Below the pieces are notes generated by a model. The model saw nothing but the letters and a program-made list of their open reading frames with translations, was not told the origin of the DNA and made no database searches. Position numbers and translations under genes: made by a program. Shown one piece after another: positions 1-11,697 of a stretch of 64,000 nucleotides of DNA. The stretch is taken from the NCBI GenBank assembly GCA_937625935.1, contig OW569377.1, positions 248,001 through 312,000 on the forward strand. The letters run 5' to 3'. Position 1 is the stretch's first letter. Each line of letters starts with the position of its first letter. The stretch comes from Tetramitus jugosus (Eukaryota; Protista; Heterolobosea).

Positions 1-765
1 TGTGAACAAGCTTCCTTCTGGAGAGACTTGACATTTCCTTCTTCTCTAATAGTGATGAAATACGTGACCATATTCTATCTTCGTTGTGAAACAATAAGTT
101 CCGAACCACATTCGAACACTCGACACATTTTTCAAGTACATCCAAGCAGTAATCGAGTATTATTACATCTTCAGTATCGTCACCTTTGCTCAAGTTTTTC
201 ACCAGAGGTTGCAATAGAGAGCGTACCCAAGTTCTTTCCTGTGAGTCCACACCTGGTAAGCTTTGGATCACCTGTATCGTAAGATCGGCAATCGGATCAA
301 ACATTGGATTTTCACAATTGTTCAACAACTCTCCCCGCAATGATGGTGTTTCTAGCATTGACCAGCATCCATCCAAGCAAGGCAACAAAATTCTAAAGAA
401 TAGCGACTTCTCCAAGGCATCCTCACTCATGAATTGAGCAATGTCTGCCACATTCTTTTCCAAAATGGCAGACAATGTTTGACACAATGCACAACACACT
501 CTCAACCCCAGGGATCCCTTATTAGCCAACATGACAATATTCTCCAACCAGATCAAAGTTCTCATAAATAATTTTTTCCATTGGTGCCTATCATCGCGAG
601 ACATTCCATGATCCGGACTGTGCACTTGGTAAATCTTAATATTCAGTATACGAATCATGGAAGGCAGCAGTTGGGCTGTCGTCATATTCTGACTGCACTG
701 TTCAACAACATCTTCAATCTCATCGAAACAATTTCTAATCTCTGTCGATATCATCACTGGATGCT
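1..765 (-). CDS. Partial CDS running off the left edge; predicted alpha-helical (ARM/HEAT-like) protein
   Basis: Manual translation of the minus strand is open from ~765 to position 1 (...MIRILNIKIYQVH...QTLSAILEKNVADIAQFMSEDALEKSLFFRILLPCLDG...). It is absent from the ORF track because there is no stop in the window. An upstream exon (~820-1000) is likely. Confidence 0.55.
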
Positions 766-1120
766 ATTTGCTTTGTTTTTTTGGTTGTTTTATTTCAGAT
801 GGACGGATCTCTTTCAAGTACTCTGGCTCGAGGGTATTCAAATGCAGAAGAATAGCTTCCAAATAACTGGAGAATTCAACTCAGAGAGCCTTGAACTTTT
901 GTGAAACCGAGGCCGAGTACATATCACTGGACAACATCCTCCAAAATGATGGGTGGGGCATTATTCAACGCCAACAGGTATCATTTGTTAATCAAGGAAA
1001 ACAAGAGGATAACAGGTACTCGGTTCAGTTTCGAATCATTCAACATTCATCAGAAATCGGATTGATAAGTATGTACAGGATAGTTCGTATCGTATGTACG
1101 TGTCTGACCTAGAAATGAAT

Positions 1121-3517
1121 TTATTTTGCATAGCTGATTCTCCTCTTCTTGCTCTTGTTGTGATTGCTCTTGCTAGAGGAGGTTTTGGACCGGCATTCCG
1201 TGCAGTACCATTTACCTTTGGGGATGGATTTACGCGGCGGGTCGTCGCACTTGCAATGACATGCATTGGAGCATGTTTCACAACACATGAGAAGACCACC
1301 CTTTCCGCACTTCATGCAATCGTCATCATTCTCCTTCTCACTTTCTTCCAGTGTTCCAATAAATCCACAGCACTTGGAGGAACCACAGTTGCATCGTTGG
1401 ACAACACCTGCATCATAACATTCAAAATTGTAATTGTATGTCAATTCTTCTCCAATTTCGATATCTCTCTTTGCAAATATCCCAACTCTGCCCTCTCCGT
1501 TCACTTCCCATAGCTCACAAAAACAATTTGGAGAGCATGAATGATTGAAAAAGCGACCAAAGTTGCCTTTCTGACTCGCATCAATAATGACACTCGATGT
1601 TAATGACATGCTGTAGAAACTCGTTTTGCTCTTCTTGTTTCGATGTCGCGTTTCAAACTCTCGCACACTGATTACCTCTCCACAATACTCTGTAATAAAT
1701 GTGCCCTTCTTTATGTGCTCATCTGCTTTTACACCTTGGCCTCGATTCTCAGTCTGAAAAATGTACATGGCAGGATAGATCATTTGCGAAAAGTTTTGAT
1801 TGAAGCAATTGGAACCCCTGGCACAAGACTTGTGACATTCGATTCTCGATTGTCGATTGATACAGTTGATACCACACTGAGACGCACAATTACACTCATT
1901 AGGAATATCGTTGCCTAGATCCATGAATTTTGTTGCGGATGAATGAATGAGATTGGATTGAATAAACATGAATCCTTCTGGGACAGAACCTGATTCAAAG
2001 CACGCATCAATCTCATTCTTTGTCCTTCCACTGCTCCTCCTCCATTTTGAACTCCGCTCTTTGGCTTGTTTAACCTCGTCTGTATCGTCATCTTCAGGGT
2101 TCCACTGTACGATACCACCACCAGACGATGATCCACGCTTCCGTCTTCTATGTGGAGTGTAACTCGATGATGATAATGATGATTGAGTGGGTATAGGAGG
2201 CAATGATGAAATCGATTGATCAAATTCACTCTGATCTTGACTCAATTGAATCTCAAACGAGCCATCGTCCTCTTCTCCATCCTTCTCATTATTATTCACA
2301 TCACCCTTATTCTTACTATTGTCGTTATTGTTCATACACTTGTCAGCACTCACCCTGCCAATCAATTCTTCACCTAGCTCCTTCCTCAATCGACACTCGA
2401 TACAGAACCATGCACCCTCTGGAATTGCATTCATTGGTGGATCATCGCATTCACAGTGACACGCATTCGAACAACCATCACAACAAATCAAAAATCCACC
2501 CTTATCACACACAATACACAAATCTTCATTCTCATCTCCCTCACTCCTTCGTTTCTCATTTCTCGCCTCGCTATTTTTCCGCTTTTTGATAATCCGCTCC
2601 AGCTTTTTTCTCCGCCTTTCCAACTGTAATTTAGCCAATTGGACAGGATCAACCTCTTCCTTCTTTGTGGGAGCGAGAACAATGGTTGCTGTCTTCTTGG
2701 GTGATGGTGCATATGTGATCACTGAAACGACATTCGATGTTTTTGACTTGTCCTTTGATTTTTTCGTGTTTAAATAAATTCTTTTGCGCGTTCGTGTTTT
2801 GGTAGTAGAAGAAGAAGCTGAAAGATCACTTTGCTCTGCATCTGTTTTCATCACTGTTGTTGGCGTTGGTGTTGTTGGTGGTAGTGGTGATGATGGAAGT
2901 GGTTTGGCATCGAATTGATCATCTTTCATTGTTATCATTTTTTCATCATTCATTAGTTCATTGCTTTTGTTGTCATTGTTGTCATTGTTAGGTGCTTCAT
3001 CACTTTCACTAGTTGTGATCACAATGGTGGTCATTGTTGTCGTTGTTTTAGTTGTTGTGAGCATCATTGTTTTCATACTATTGGTATGACTACTATTATT
3101 ATTGTTATGGTTTGTGATCAATGCATCTTGATCATCATCTGTATCATCATCCATCTTCATCATTAGATCATTGTTATTATTATTGTTCTGATCAGTACTA
3201 TTGTTTCTCACAGTATGATCATGAGTACTACTACTATGGTTTTTGTTGTCATGGTCAATCTGTTGTTGTTGATGTTGTTGTGGATGATGATAGTCCATAT
3301 GCTGACAAGAATCAGAATCAGGTGATAAGCTAAACAAATCATCACTGCTAATGTCGGATAAAAGTGGAGACATGGGAGAGAGTGGAGTCGGAGAAGTGTT
3401 GTTGTGATGAGAAGAGGAGGATGACGATGGAGTGTTGTTGTTAGTGAGACTGATTCGATACGGTTTTCGTTTCTTGGTATCTCGACTTGTTTTTGTTGTT
3501 GTTCTCCTTCTGGTCAT
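1121..3517 (-). CDS. SET-domain histone lysine methyltransferase (NSD/ASH1/SET2-like) with AWS, post-SET and two PHD fingers
   Basis: RGQGV..., EYCGEV, GNFGRFFNHSCSPN, GEELTYNY, post-SET CNCGSSKCCGFI. PHD motifs CIVCDKGGFLICCDGC..H..C and CMKCGKGGLLMCCETC..H..C. Confidence 0.92.
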   Translation of the reverse strand: MTRRRTTTKTSRDTKKRKPYRISLTNNNTPSSSSSSHHNNTSPTPLSPMSPLLSDISSDDLFSLSPDSDSCQHMDYHHPQQHQQQQIDHDNKNHSSSTHDHTVRNNSTDQNNNNNNDLMMKMDDDTDDDQDALITNHNNNNSSHTNSMKTMMLTTTKTTTTMTTIVITTSESDEAPNNDNNDNKSNELMNDEKMITMKDDQFDAKPLPSSPLPPTTPTPTTVMKTDAEQSDLSASSSTTKTRTRKRIYLNTKKSKDKSKTSNVVSVITYAPSPKKTATIVLAPTKKEEVDPVQLAKLQLERRRKKLERIIKKRKNSEARNEKRRSEGDENEDLCIVCDKGGFLICCDGCSNACHCECDDPPMNAIPEGAWFCIECRLRKELGEELIGRVSADKCMNNNDNSKNKGDVNNNEKDGEEDDGSFEIQLSQDQSEFDQSISSLPPIPTQSSLSSSSYTPHRRRKRGSSSGGGIVQWNPEDDDTDEVKQAKERSSKWRRSSGRTKNEIDACFESGSVPEGFMFIQSNLIHSSATKFMDLGNDIPNECNCASQCGINCINRQSRIECHKSCARGSNCFNQNFSQMIYPAMYIFQTENRGQGVKADEHIKKGTFITEYCGEVISVREFETRHRNKKSKTSFYSMSLTSSVIIDASQKGNFGRFFNHSCSPNCFCELWEVNGEGRVGIFAKRDIEIGEELTYNYNFECYDAGVVQRCNCGSSKCCGFIGTLEESEKENDDDCMKCGKGGLLMCCETCSNACHCKCDDPPRKSIPKGKWYCTECRSKTSSSKSNHNKSKKRRISYAK

Positions 3518-3705
3518 ATGATATCGATCGAGATGTCAAGTCACAATGATGTTGTTCGAGCGTTTTGTTGTTTGGGTTGTGTTGCGGTTTTTTTTTGTGT
3601 CTGCGGAAGGAAAATTTATTCATTTCACAGCGACATGTATTTCTCCTTCATGTTTATGTGAAGTTTTTGGCGCCATTCACAAGATCACAAAAAACTACAT
3701 TTTAT

Positions 3706-4125
3706 TTACTTTCTCAACAATTCCAGACCAGTCAAGAAGATGGAACCACCGAGAAGCGCAGTCTGTACCAAATAACCCAACATTGCGCCTGGAGAACCTG
3801 CTTTTGTTGCCTTTGGGTTCTTGACATGGCTGAATAGAAGCCAGAGTCGTCCCAAGAGGTAAATACCACCCAAACCGGCAGTGACCTTGTCTTGTCCACT
3901 CAATTGAGCAAACAGGAACAAGCTTGCCAAGTAGACTGTAATGCTTGATAAGGAGTTAATATAAACTCTGTATCCATCTTCAAACTCCTCATTGCTCAAG
4001 GTTCTGGTGTTTGGAAAATCCTGGGAAACGCGACCAAGACCAATACCCAAGGAAAAGATTTGATATTGGGCAATGGTGGTCAGGGCAGTAAGTGTGGTCA
4101 ATGGAAATTGAGAAACAAAGCTCAT
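3706..4125 (-). CDS. MAPEG-family membrane protein (microsomal GST-like), paralogue 1
   Basis: 139 aa, four hydrophobic helices, FE.xYRV..N and IYLLGRLW motifs; tandem paralogue next door. Confidence 0.75.
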   Translation of the reverse strand: MSFVSQFPLTTLTALTTIAQYQIFSLGIGLGRVSQDFPNTRTLSNEEFEDGYRVYINSLSSITVYLASLFLFAQLSGQDKVTAGLGGIYLLGRLWLLFSHVKNPKATKAGSPGAMLGYLVQTALLGGSIFLTGLELLRK

Positions 4126-4286
4126 GATTTTGTTGATTGGTTTTTGTCCGTGTTGTTTGTGTGGCTTTTATGCACTGGGATCCTAGTTTCCAACACAAGA
4201 TCAAATTCTTTCCGACAAGGATATTGGAAAGAATAGTTGCACGGGTGAGTTGTGCATGAGCCTGCCTCCTGTGTACACTGTTTTAT

Positions 4287-4709
4287 TTACTTTCTGAGGA
4301 CTTGTTGTGCAGCAAGGAAGAGCGAACCACCGAGAAGGGCTGTCTGTGCCAAGAAACCGATCAAAAAACCAGGAGCACGGACCTTTGCATCCCTTGGGTT
4401 CTTAATACAACTGTACGCAAGCCAGAGTCTTCCCAAGAGATAAATACTACCCAAACCAGCGGCGACCTTGTCCTTTCTGCTTAGTTGAGCAAACAGGAAC
4501 AAGCATGTCAAATAGATTGTGATGCTTGATAGAGAGTTCAGCTGAACTCTGTATGCAGCCTCAAATTCCTCGTTGACAAAGTCAATTCTTGCAGGAGGGT
4601 ACTCGTGGGGACGACCAAGGCCAACATACGAGGCGAAGATTTGGTATTGGGCAATTGTGGCCAATGCAGCGGCTGTGGTCAATGGAAATTGAGAAACCAA
4701 AGAGCTCAT
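4287..4709 (-). CDS. MAPEG-family membrane protein, paralogue 2
   Basis: 140 aa, EFEAAYRVQLNSLS, IYLLGRLWLAYS; closely similar to 3706-4125. Confidence 0.78.
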   Translation of the reverse strand: MSSLVSQFPLTTAAALATIAQYQIFASYVGLGRPHEYPPARIDFVNEEFEAAYRVQLNSLSSITIYLTCLFLFAQLSRKDKVAAGLGSIYLLGRLWLAYSCIKNPRDAKVRAPGFLIGFLAQTALLGGSLFLAAQQVLRK

Positions 4710-5283
4710 GATTGTTTGCGTGTTTGATTCGTATTGGTTTCCAACACAAATTCACACAATACCAGCTGAAATGAGCAGAGTTCGGTCGTGGCACGAAATA
4801 ACCTCCCCCAAAACCAAAAAACTCCTCTTTCCCTGGTTGGAAGAGAGTTATCCCTGAAACAAAATGCCTGTGCTGATATCTTGGCATGTTCTCTGTACCT
4901 CTGCACCAAATAATGCCTTATTTAAATTGTGACTGGCCCAAGTCAAGTACTGGTTCAATGTCGAGGTAATTTTTCATTTCACTTCTCCTTATGAAACAAC
5001 TCCTTGTTTCTGTAAAACGACTCAATCGTGACCGTAAGGATCGCTATTTTGCATCAACAAAGTCGTCTTCCATAATAGAGACTCTTTTGATCAAGCAAGG
5101 TCATGCTTGTTGATTGGTTATGCAATATCGACATCATTAAGCGTCATCCGTCATGAGTCGACCGAGTTCGAGAACTTGAAAAGGATGTCGCTTGGAATTC
5201 ATTTTTTCAAATCTCTCTGAAAAACAACAGCAAGTAGGACTCACTCCCACGCACACACGACCAAAGCAAGAAGTTCTCTCACC

Positions 5284-6633
5284 ATGGGCAACCAACAATT
5301 TGCTTCTGCGAGTGAAACGACTGATGATTCAACTGCTTCTCCAATGGTACGAAAGACTGCTGCTGAACCAAGAACTCCCAAGAGCAAATCCCGGCCTATT
5401 CCCACGCAGCAACAAAGGAACAACAATTTCGATGATAGTGTGTTTGATGTGAACCTTCCTGGACCTGCCAAGCAAATCTATGATGTAGGCTCACCACTCT
5501 TGAGTTCCACTCTCTCGCGTAGTTCCCCCAGTTCTCCCTCGAGTGCTGGTGGAGGATTCCTGTCTGGCAACAAGTCCGCCGCCGTTCAAAAAATTATACA
5601 GAAAACAAGTCAACTGAAAGCTACGGCAGTTCAACAATTGGGTGGAAATTCCGCTGCGACAACACCCAAAGAATGCACGACTATTCTCACTCTGGGAACG
5701 GGAAATTCGGGAAAAAGCACGATACTCAAGCAAATACAACTCATGTGTACGACGAATGGTTTCGATGGTAAGATGAGATCAGAGTGGGCCCTTCATATTC
5801 GTACGCGATGCGCTGATACTGTGAAACGATTAGCTACGGTATGTGAAGGTCAATTCGAGTCTGACAACAAGTCCTTTGGTGACTACATGGTGGATCAATA
5901 TGATCCTTATGCGGCAGTGAATCGCGAATGGAGTCCATCTTTTGCACGGCAGTTGCTCTGCCTGTGGAATGACAATCATGTTCAATCTGTGTTGAAGGAT
6001 AGAGCTCATGACGCTCAGGTGTCTCACGAGAATGCCCTCTACAATTTCGCAAAGTTCAACACCATTTTCTCCATGATTTACTCACCGACAGATCAAGACA
6101 TTATCATGAATGCAGTGAAGACGATTGGTGTGTTCAATAATCGATATGAGATAAATCCGGATTTTGCAATTCAGATTTGGGACACTGGTGGTCAACGTGT
6201 CGAACGAAAAAAGTGGAAAGTGGTCTATAGGGATCACAAGATCGATTATGTCATGTTTGTTGTGAGTTTGGCTGATTACAATATGCAAATGTATGAAGAT
6301 ACGGATGATAATCGGATGCATGATGCGTTGACAACATTCTCAGAGTTGCTTACTGTGGAACAGGTGAAACACGTACCTATTTTACTCATTTTTAATCAAG
6401 TTGACCTGTTTGAAAGAAAACTCTTACAATTCAACGATTTACAAACCATTTTCCCGGATTATGACGGAGGTTGTAATTCTGATGCTGCCAAGGAGTTCCT
6501 GCGGGTGCAATTTTTGTCTAGGCTGACTGAAGATACTTCAATTCACGAGTCTGAAGTATTCTGTTATGAGATTAACGCGATAGAAATGGAGAGTGTACGA
6601 AAGGTTTTGAATAGAGTCATGCAAGACATGTAA
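5284..6633 (+). CDS. Heterotrimeric G-protein alpha subunit (atypical), long Ser/Pro-rich N-terminus
   Basis: MG myristoylation start, LGTGNSGKSTILKQ P-loop, helical domain, WDTGGQRVERKKW, FVVSLADY, NRMHDAL, LLIFNQVDLF. Confidence 0.9.
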   Translation: MGNQQFASASETTDDSTASPMVRKTAAEPRTPKSKSRPIPTQQQRNNNFDDSVFDVNLPGPAKQIYDVGSPLLSSTLSRSSPSSPSSAGGGFLSGNKSAAVQKIIQKTSQLKATAVQQLGGNSAATTPKECTTILTLGTGNSGKSTILKQIQLMCTTNGFDGKMRSEWALHIRTRCADTVKRLATVCEGQFESDNKSFGDYMVDQYDPYAAVNREWSPSFARQLLCLWNDNHVQSVLKDRAHDAQVSHENALYNFAKFNTIFSMIYSPTDQDIIMNAVKTIGVFNNRYEINPDFAIQIWDTGGQRVERKKWKVVYRDHKIDYVMFVVSLADYNMQMYEDTDDNRMHDALTTFSELLTVEQVKHVPILLIFNQVDLFERKLLQFNDLQTIFPDYDGGCNSDAAKEFLRVQFLSRLTEDTSIHESEVFCYEINAIEMESVRKVLNRVMQDM

Positions 6634-6659
6634 AACCAAAGAAAGTGCTCTTTATTCTG

Positions 6660-9600
6660 TTACTTAGCTTTCAGGCCTTTGCCTTTGTTTTTCTGTTTGT
6701 GTCGAACAATTTCCTCAAACGTTTCAAGCAAGTCCTCCTGCTTGAATGGTTTCTCGATTATTTGGTCCATGCCGGCTGCCAAGCACTCGCTGTTTGCCTC
6801 GGAATCACCAGTCATACCAATAATAATTGTTGGATGTGTGGCATTTCTTTCTTTCTCAAATTGTCGAATGCGTTGTGTGCACTCTATGCCACCCATTCCA
6901 CCCATGTGTACATCTGTGATGATTAAGTCAAAGGATTTCGTCGACGAAAACGCGTTCTGAAACAGAGCAAAAGCCTCAGCTCCATTCGAGGCTGAGCATG
7001 CATTCACTTGCAGCGATGAGAGACCATGCAATGAAATAAATGGTGAAGCTCGCGGATCGATAATATTCGAACAACCAAAGTCCTGAACAACACGTGTCAC
7101 AATCTTTCTGTTGATGATATTGTCATCGACAATAAGAGCTGACACCACGATGTCGTTTCTTCTCTTGGTTTGCACAGTGAGCAAAGATGAATCACCAGGA
7201 GTAACATCCTCGCTCACTTGATCTTCAGGAGATGAAATGGTTGTACTTCTAGTATCGGGTGTTACTCGTGTCGAGTTTCCAATAATGTCATCAGATCCTC
7301 CCCTGTGGTTGACTGTGTACAAGCCTTCATGACGGATAGCTCCATGCAAGAGAATGACAGGGCTACTACTCTTTCTTAGGTGCATTGTAGTCCCATCGAA
7401 TACGTTCAATGTGTCACTAGTTCTATATCTTGGAGCCGATCTACGCTGTCTCTTAGAGGAATCCATTTTGGGGGGTAGTTGATACGAATATTCAACATTT
7501 GATCGAGCGCGTTGACCAGAACTTGCAGGTGGTGGAGGGAACTGGTAGCTCGAGAGAGCTTCAGAGACATGGTTGTTAAAGTTATTTTGGTTACCAGCAG
7601 AGTCTGTATCGAACGGCATCTGAGGTCCATTAATAATTTCATTATATTGACGATAGAATAGCTGCATTTGATCCGGTTTTCCGCCATGAAAATGTTCATA
7701 CTTCTCCATCATGCCATACAGAATCTTCTCGATACCTGTCAAAGACAGAGGTTTTCTTAAACACATATCGATCAATCCTCCTTCTTTTGCATTATTTTGC
7801 AAAAAGTCAGTAAAGTACGACATATCAAACGAGTAGTACAGACAACAGTAGTACACAGCATCATCGTTAATGGCGTTTCCATCACATCTAATATTATGCT
7901 TGGACACTAGGAATTGGAGTTTGCTGAGGGCTTTGTGCAGCCTGTCCAATGTTCCATTTGAGTATTTCCTATTTGTGCGATGACTTCCAGAGCTACTGTT
8001 GCTGCTGATCGAATGTCTACGTTGATTAATGGGGGGGTTGTCGAACAGATTGATGATTGATGTTCGCCTAGATGTTTGAGCATCATTTGCACCATCCAGA
8101 TTTGAGAACAATGTATCATCGATTACAACAAGAGCAATTGGATGATGTACGATCCAGTTACTCTTGTCTGCTGTTGAAAAGTCTGAAGAGCCATAGAGAG
8201 CAGCATTGAGTTGTTCGAACATCTTATCCTTATTAGAGAAGAAAGAGTCGCAGTGTTTGATACAAACAGAGGAAACAGAGAAACCTTTCAGGTAATTCTG
8301 AATCGTTTCTCTGACATCCTCATTCTTGTAGATGATCAGAGCAACTGATTTTTTCATTTTGCGTGAGCAGAAGTCTGCCACTAGGTAGTGAATTGATTCA
8401 TCTGATGGTAGAGAATAAGTGCTTGTCTCATCATCCTCTGTGAGATCTCGATTGTTCATATCATCCAAAATATCATTGTTCATCGAAATTGCTCCAATAT
8501 CCATAGGGTTCAGAGCAGATTTTCGTCGGTATCTCGATGAATGATCGCCCATTGTAATGTCAATCATGGAAGCTGTTCTACTGAATGATTCAGATCGCGG
8601 CGAGTGATCAGTGGCATCATTAGACCGGACTGAGGTATTGCTGGATTTTCGTGCGAGATACTTGAACTCCACTGATGATCTCCTATTGCCTGAAGTTGTA
8701 AACACTGCCGAAAACCAAAATTCACTTCCGTGGCCAGAGACACTTCTGACACCAACATCACCCTTCATCAGCGTGCACAAATTCTTGCAAATAGCTAGGC
8801 CCAAACCTTCATTATGATATTGAGTTTGTTTGCATTTTGTTAATTTTCAAGTATTTCAACAGAGAGAGAAGCAAAGAAAAACAAATTATAGAGCACAAAC
8901 CTGTTCCTTCGTACATGCGATCCTCATGAGCCCTGGAAAACATTTTGAATAATTGTGGGATTTTGTCTTCAGGTATGCCTATGCCGGTGTCCTTGATGAC
9001 AACATGGATTTTAATCGTGTTGAATGTTTGTTCAACAGCATCAACACGCACAATAATACTTCCTGATTGAGTAAACTTGATCGCATTTCCTAACAAATTC
9101 GTAAAAATTTGCTGATATTTGCTTTCATCTCCATAAACGTAATGAGGAATTCTAATGGCATTTGGATGGACGTCAAATTCTAACGCAACATCCAGTCCTT
9201 TTCTCAAGGCAGTTACTCCACTAATACCAACAACTTGCTCTATGCATCGCTTTAAATTAAACCTAGTTGTTTCGAGCGTTAAAGAGCCAGAATCGAGCTT
9301 TGTTGAATAGAGCACATCCTTCACTATATTACTCAGTATTTGACAGCTATCAATGATCATATTGACAAGTTCAATGTCCTTGGAAGGACACTTGTCAAGA
9401 AGCTTTTGGGCAATAAGATAAATTGAATTCAATGGTGTTTTCAGGTCATGAGAAACCATTGCAAAAAACTTTGTGCGTGATTGAAGTTCTGTTCGGGCGT
9501 GCTCTGCAGCTTCATACTGCTTTTGTACTTCTCTCTTCTCTCGTAAATCTCGTATCACATAAACATCGACTTCCTTTCCATTGTACTCGCTCTGCTTATA

Positions 9601-11379
9601 AATCACCTCGACAGGTATCTCTGTACCGTCCTTTGTTATTCCAATACATTCGCCCCACGAAGAAAACTTCATTGATTTTCTTCTCTGATATAAAATTGAT
9701 TGAATTTCTTCGTGCTGTTGTTGTCTCTCTACCAACTCGTAACGCGACTTCATCTTCAAATTGAGAAAATCTTCAAGTGACATCTCTGCACAATCATGTG
9801 GAGAATAACCAAAACATTTTTGAAATGATGGATTCACGTCAATGATAAAGCCAGTGTCAGAATCCTGTACTACGATTGCTTCGGTAGTTAACCCTAGAAT
9901 GTTCCGATACCGTTTTTCACTCTCGTGTATTTGTGCACAATCCACACAATGCATATAGGAAATGATTATGAGCATACATATGATTGGGAATATGACGGTG
10001 ACTTCAGACATCATATAGTCGATATAATTGATGGGTATGAACGACCGTAGCCACAATGGTTGTATCGCAACGAGAATAACATTGAAAATGGATGTGCTCA
10101 GAACGAGTAGAGGACTCGAGGACAGAACAGCAAACACCACAGGAAACAAAATGATACTCTGCGAGCTAATCAGAGACAAGCACAATGATTCATGTCCACT
10201 TGTTCCTTGAGTTGAACCTGACATTCTTTGCCATTGAGACAATGGAGGCATCAAAAATATCGATCCTTGAGATAGTTTCTCACCATACACTGCACTCAAC
10301 GACACGAGTGCATACGGTATCAGTGTAAAGGCCGAAAGACTCGCCAGTCTCACCAATTGAAACCACCGTGTTCTCAGTATTAGATACAAGACAACACACA
10401 GGCACATGTAGATGATGGAGAGAACACTGACAGAATTGAACCGAGCAGACACATAAATCACATCGAGAGAGCAATACACGAACAATAAGAGAAAAAATAT
10501 GCTCATAAACGCGACGCAGGCTCTTGTTTGATTATCCCGTATGCTCCAATGTGCCTTGAATGGCGATTGTTCTATAAATTTGGCCTTACTCAAATATTTG
10601 GGTATGAGATTTGTCGCCGTCAATACGCCGCCCTTTGTGCCAAAGAACAGTGTTATTATTAACTGACCAAGTTGAGACCATACACTACTTCTCTGATTAT
10701 TACTACTATTGCTACTACTGTTACTACTATTAATATTATTATTGTTACAACTGTTGTAATCATGATTACTAATCAAACTCTGATGTGAGAGAATAGAAGA
10801 CAACCGTTCATTCGATACAGAGGTCAACGTCCGATTCACTTCATTATCAAAATAATCATCTTCTTCTTCTATACATCCATCTTCATTATCATCCTCCATC
10901 ATATCATCATCATTGTCATCCATCACTATCTGATCGTCATAGTCACTACGCCGCCGTTCATTTCTGTTGTTATTCATACTATTATTATTCATAATTCTAT
11001 TATTATTCCTATTGTTCTGAGAGGGAGATGCAGGTGGTGAAGGTAATCGAAAGTAATTATCTTGTTGGTGTTGTTGGTGTTGTTGGTGGTGTAGTTCAGT
11101 ATCGTCGCCATTGTTCGACATGATTGGTAATCTCGGAATAGAGACAATACTACCTCCAGCATTGACTGTTCGGTTTGTTGTTGAGTGTTCTATTGTCGTT
11201 GTTGTTGGTGCAAAAGTTTTTGTCGTTGATGACCGTTGTTCCAATGATTGGCTCATGAGTGTCGTCGATGTCATTGTCTTGGATGAATAATGATGATGAT
11301 GACTGTTGGCTGCGGTAGTCAATGTTGTTGTCGTGTGAAAAATATTGGTCGTTTCGTTGTCGTTGTCGTTGTTGACCAT
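6660..11379 (-). CDS. Membrane hybrid histidine kinase (TM helices, PAS, HisKA, HATPase, C-terminal receiver); intron 8807-8900
   Basis: SHDLKTPL H-box, NLLGNAIKFT N-box, DTGIGI. Splicing GT..AG 8900-8807 restores EGTGLGLAI (G2 box). Receiver: LIVDDN..N, LIITDVHM, IIGMTG, IEKP. Confidence 0.92.
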
Positions 11380-11697
11380 TGCGATGGTCGGTTGGTTGGT
11401 TGATAGGTTGGTGGAGAGATAAATTTATTGATTTGTCACGCAAACACTCTTTGGTTTTGGAGAAAACGTGTGAGTGAGTGGTGGGTGGTGAGAGAGTTTG
11501 AGCCAATCAAAATCTTTGTTCGTTGTTGTTGTTTTTGGATAACTGGTGACCAATGCGTTGTGTCGCGAGCGGGATGCTGTTGTGAATATTCGAAAATTCT
11601 CTTTGCCCTTTGAACGCATCAAGAGACCAGAAACACGGCGACATGCTTGGTTTATTTTTGGAAGAGACCGAAAAAGGAGCTGGTGGCCAGATCACCA

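Noticed and set aside
2860-3300. Trinucleotide-like repeats (also 10690-11400, 46400-46470, 49330-49840, 63570-63850)
   Set aside because: They encode poly-N/Q/T/D/H tracts inside proteins; not CRISPR or satellite arrays.
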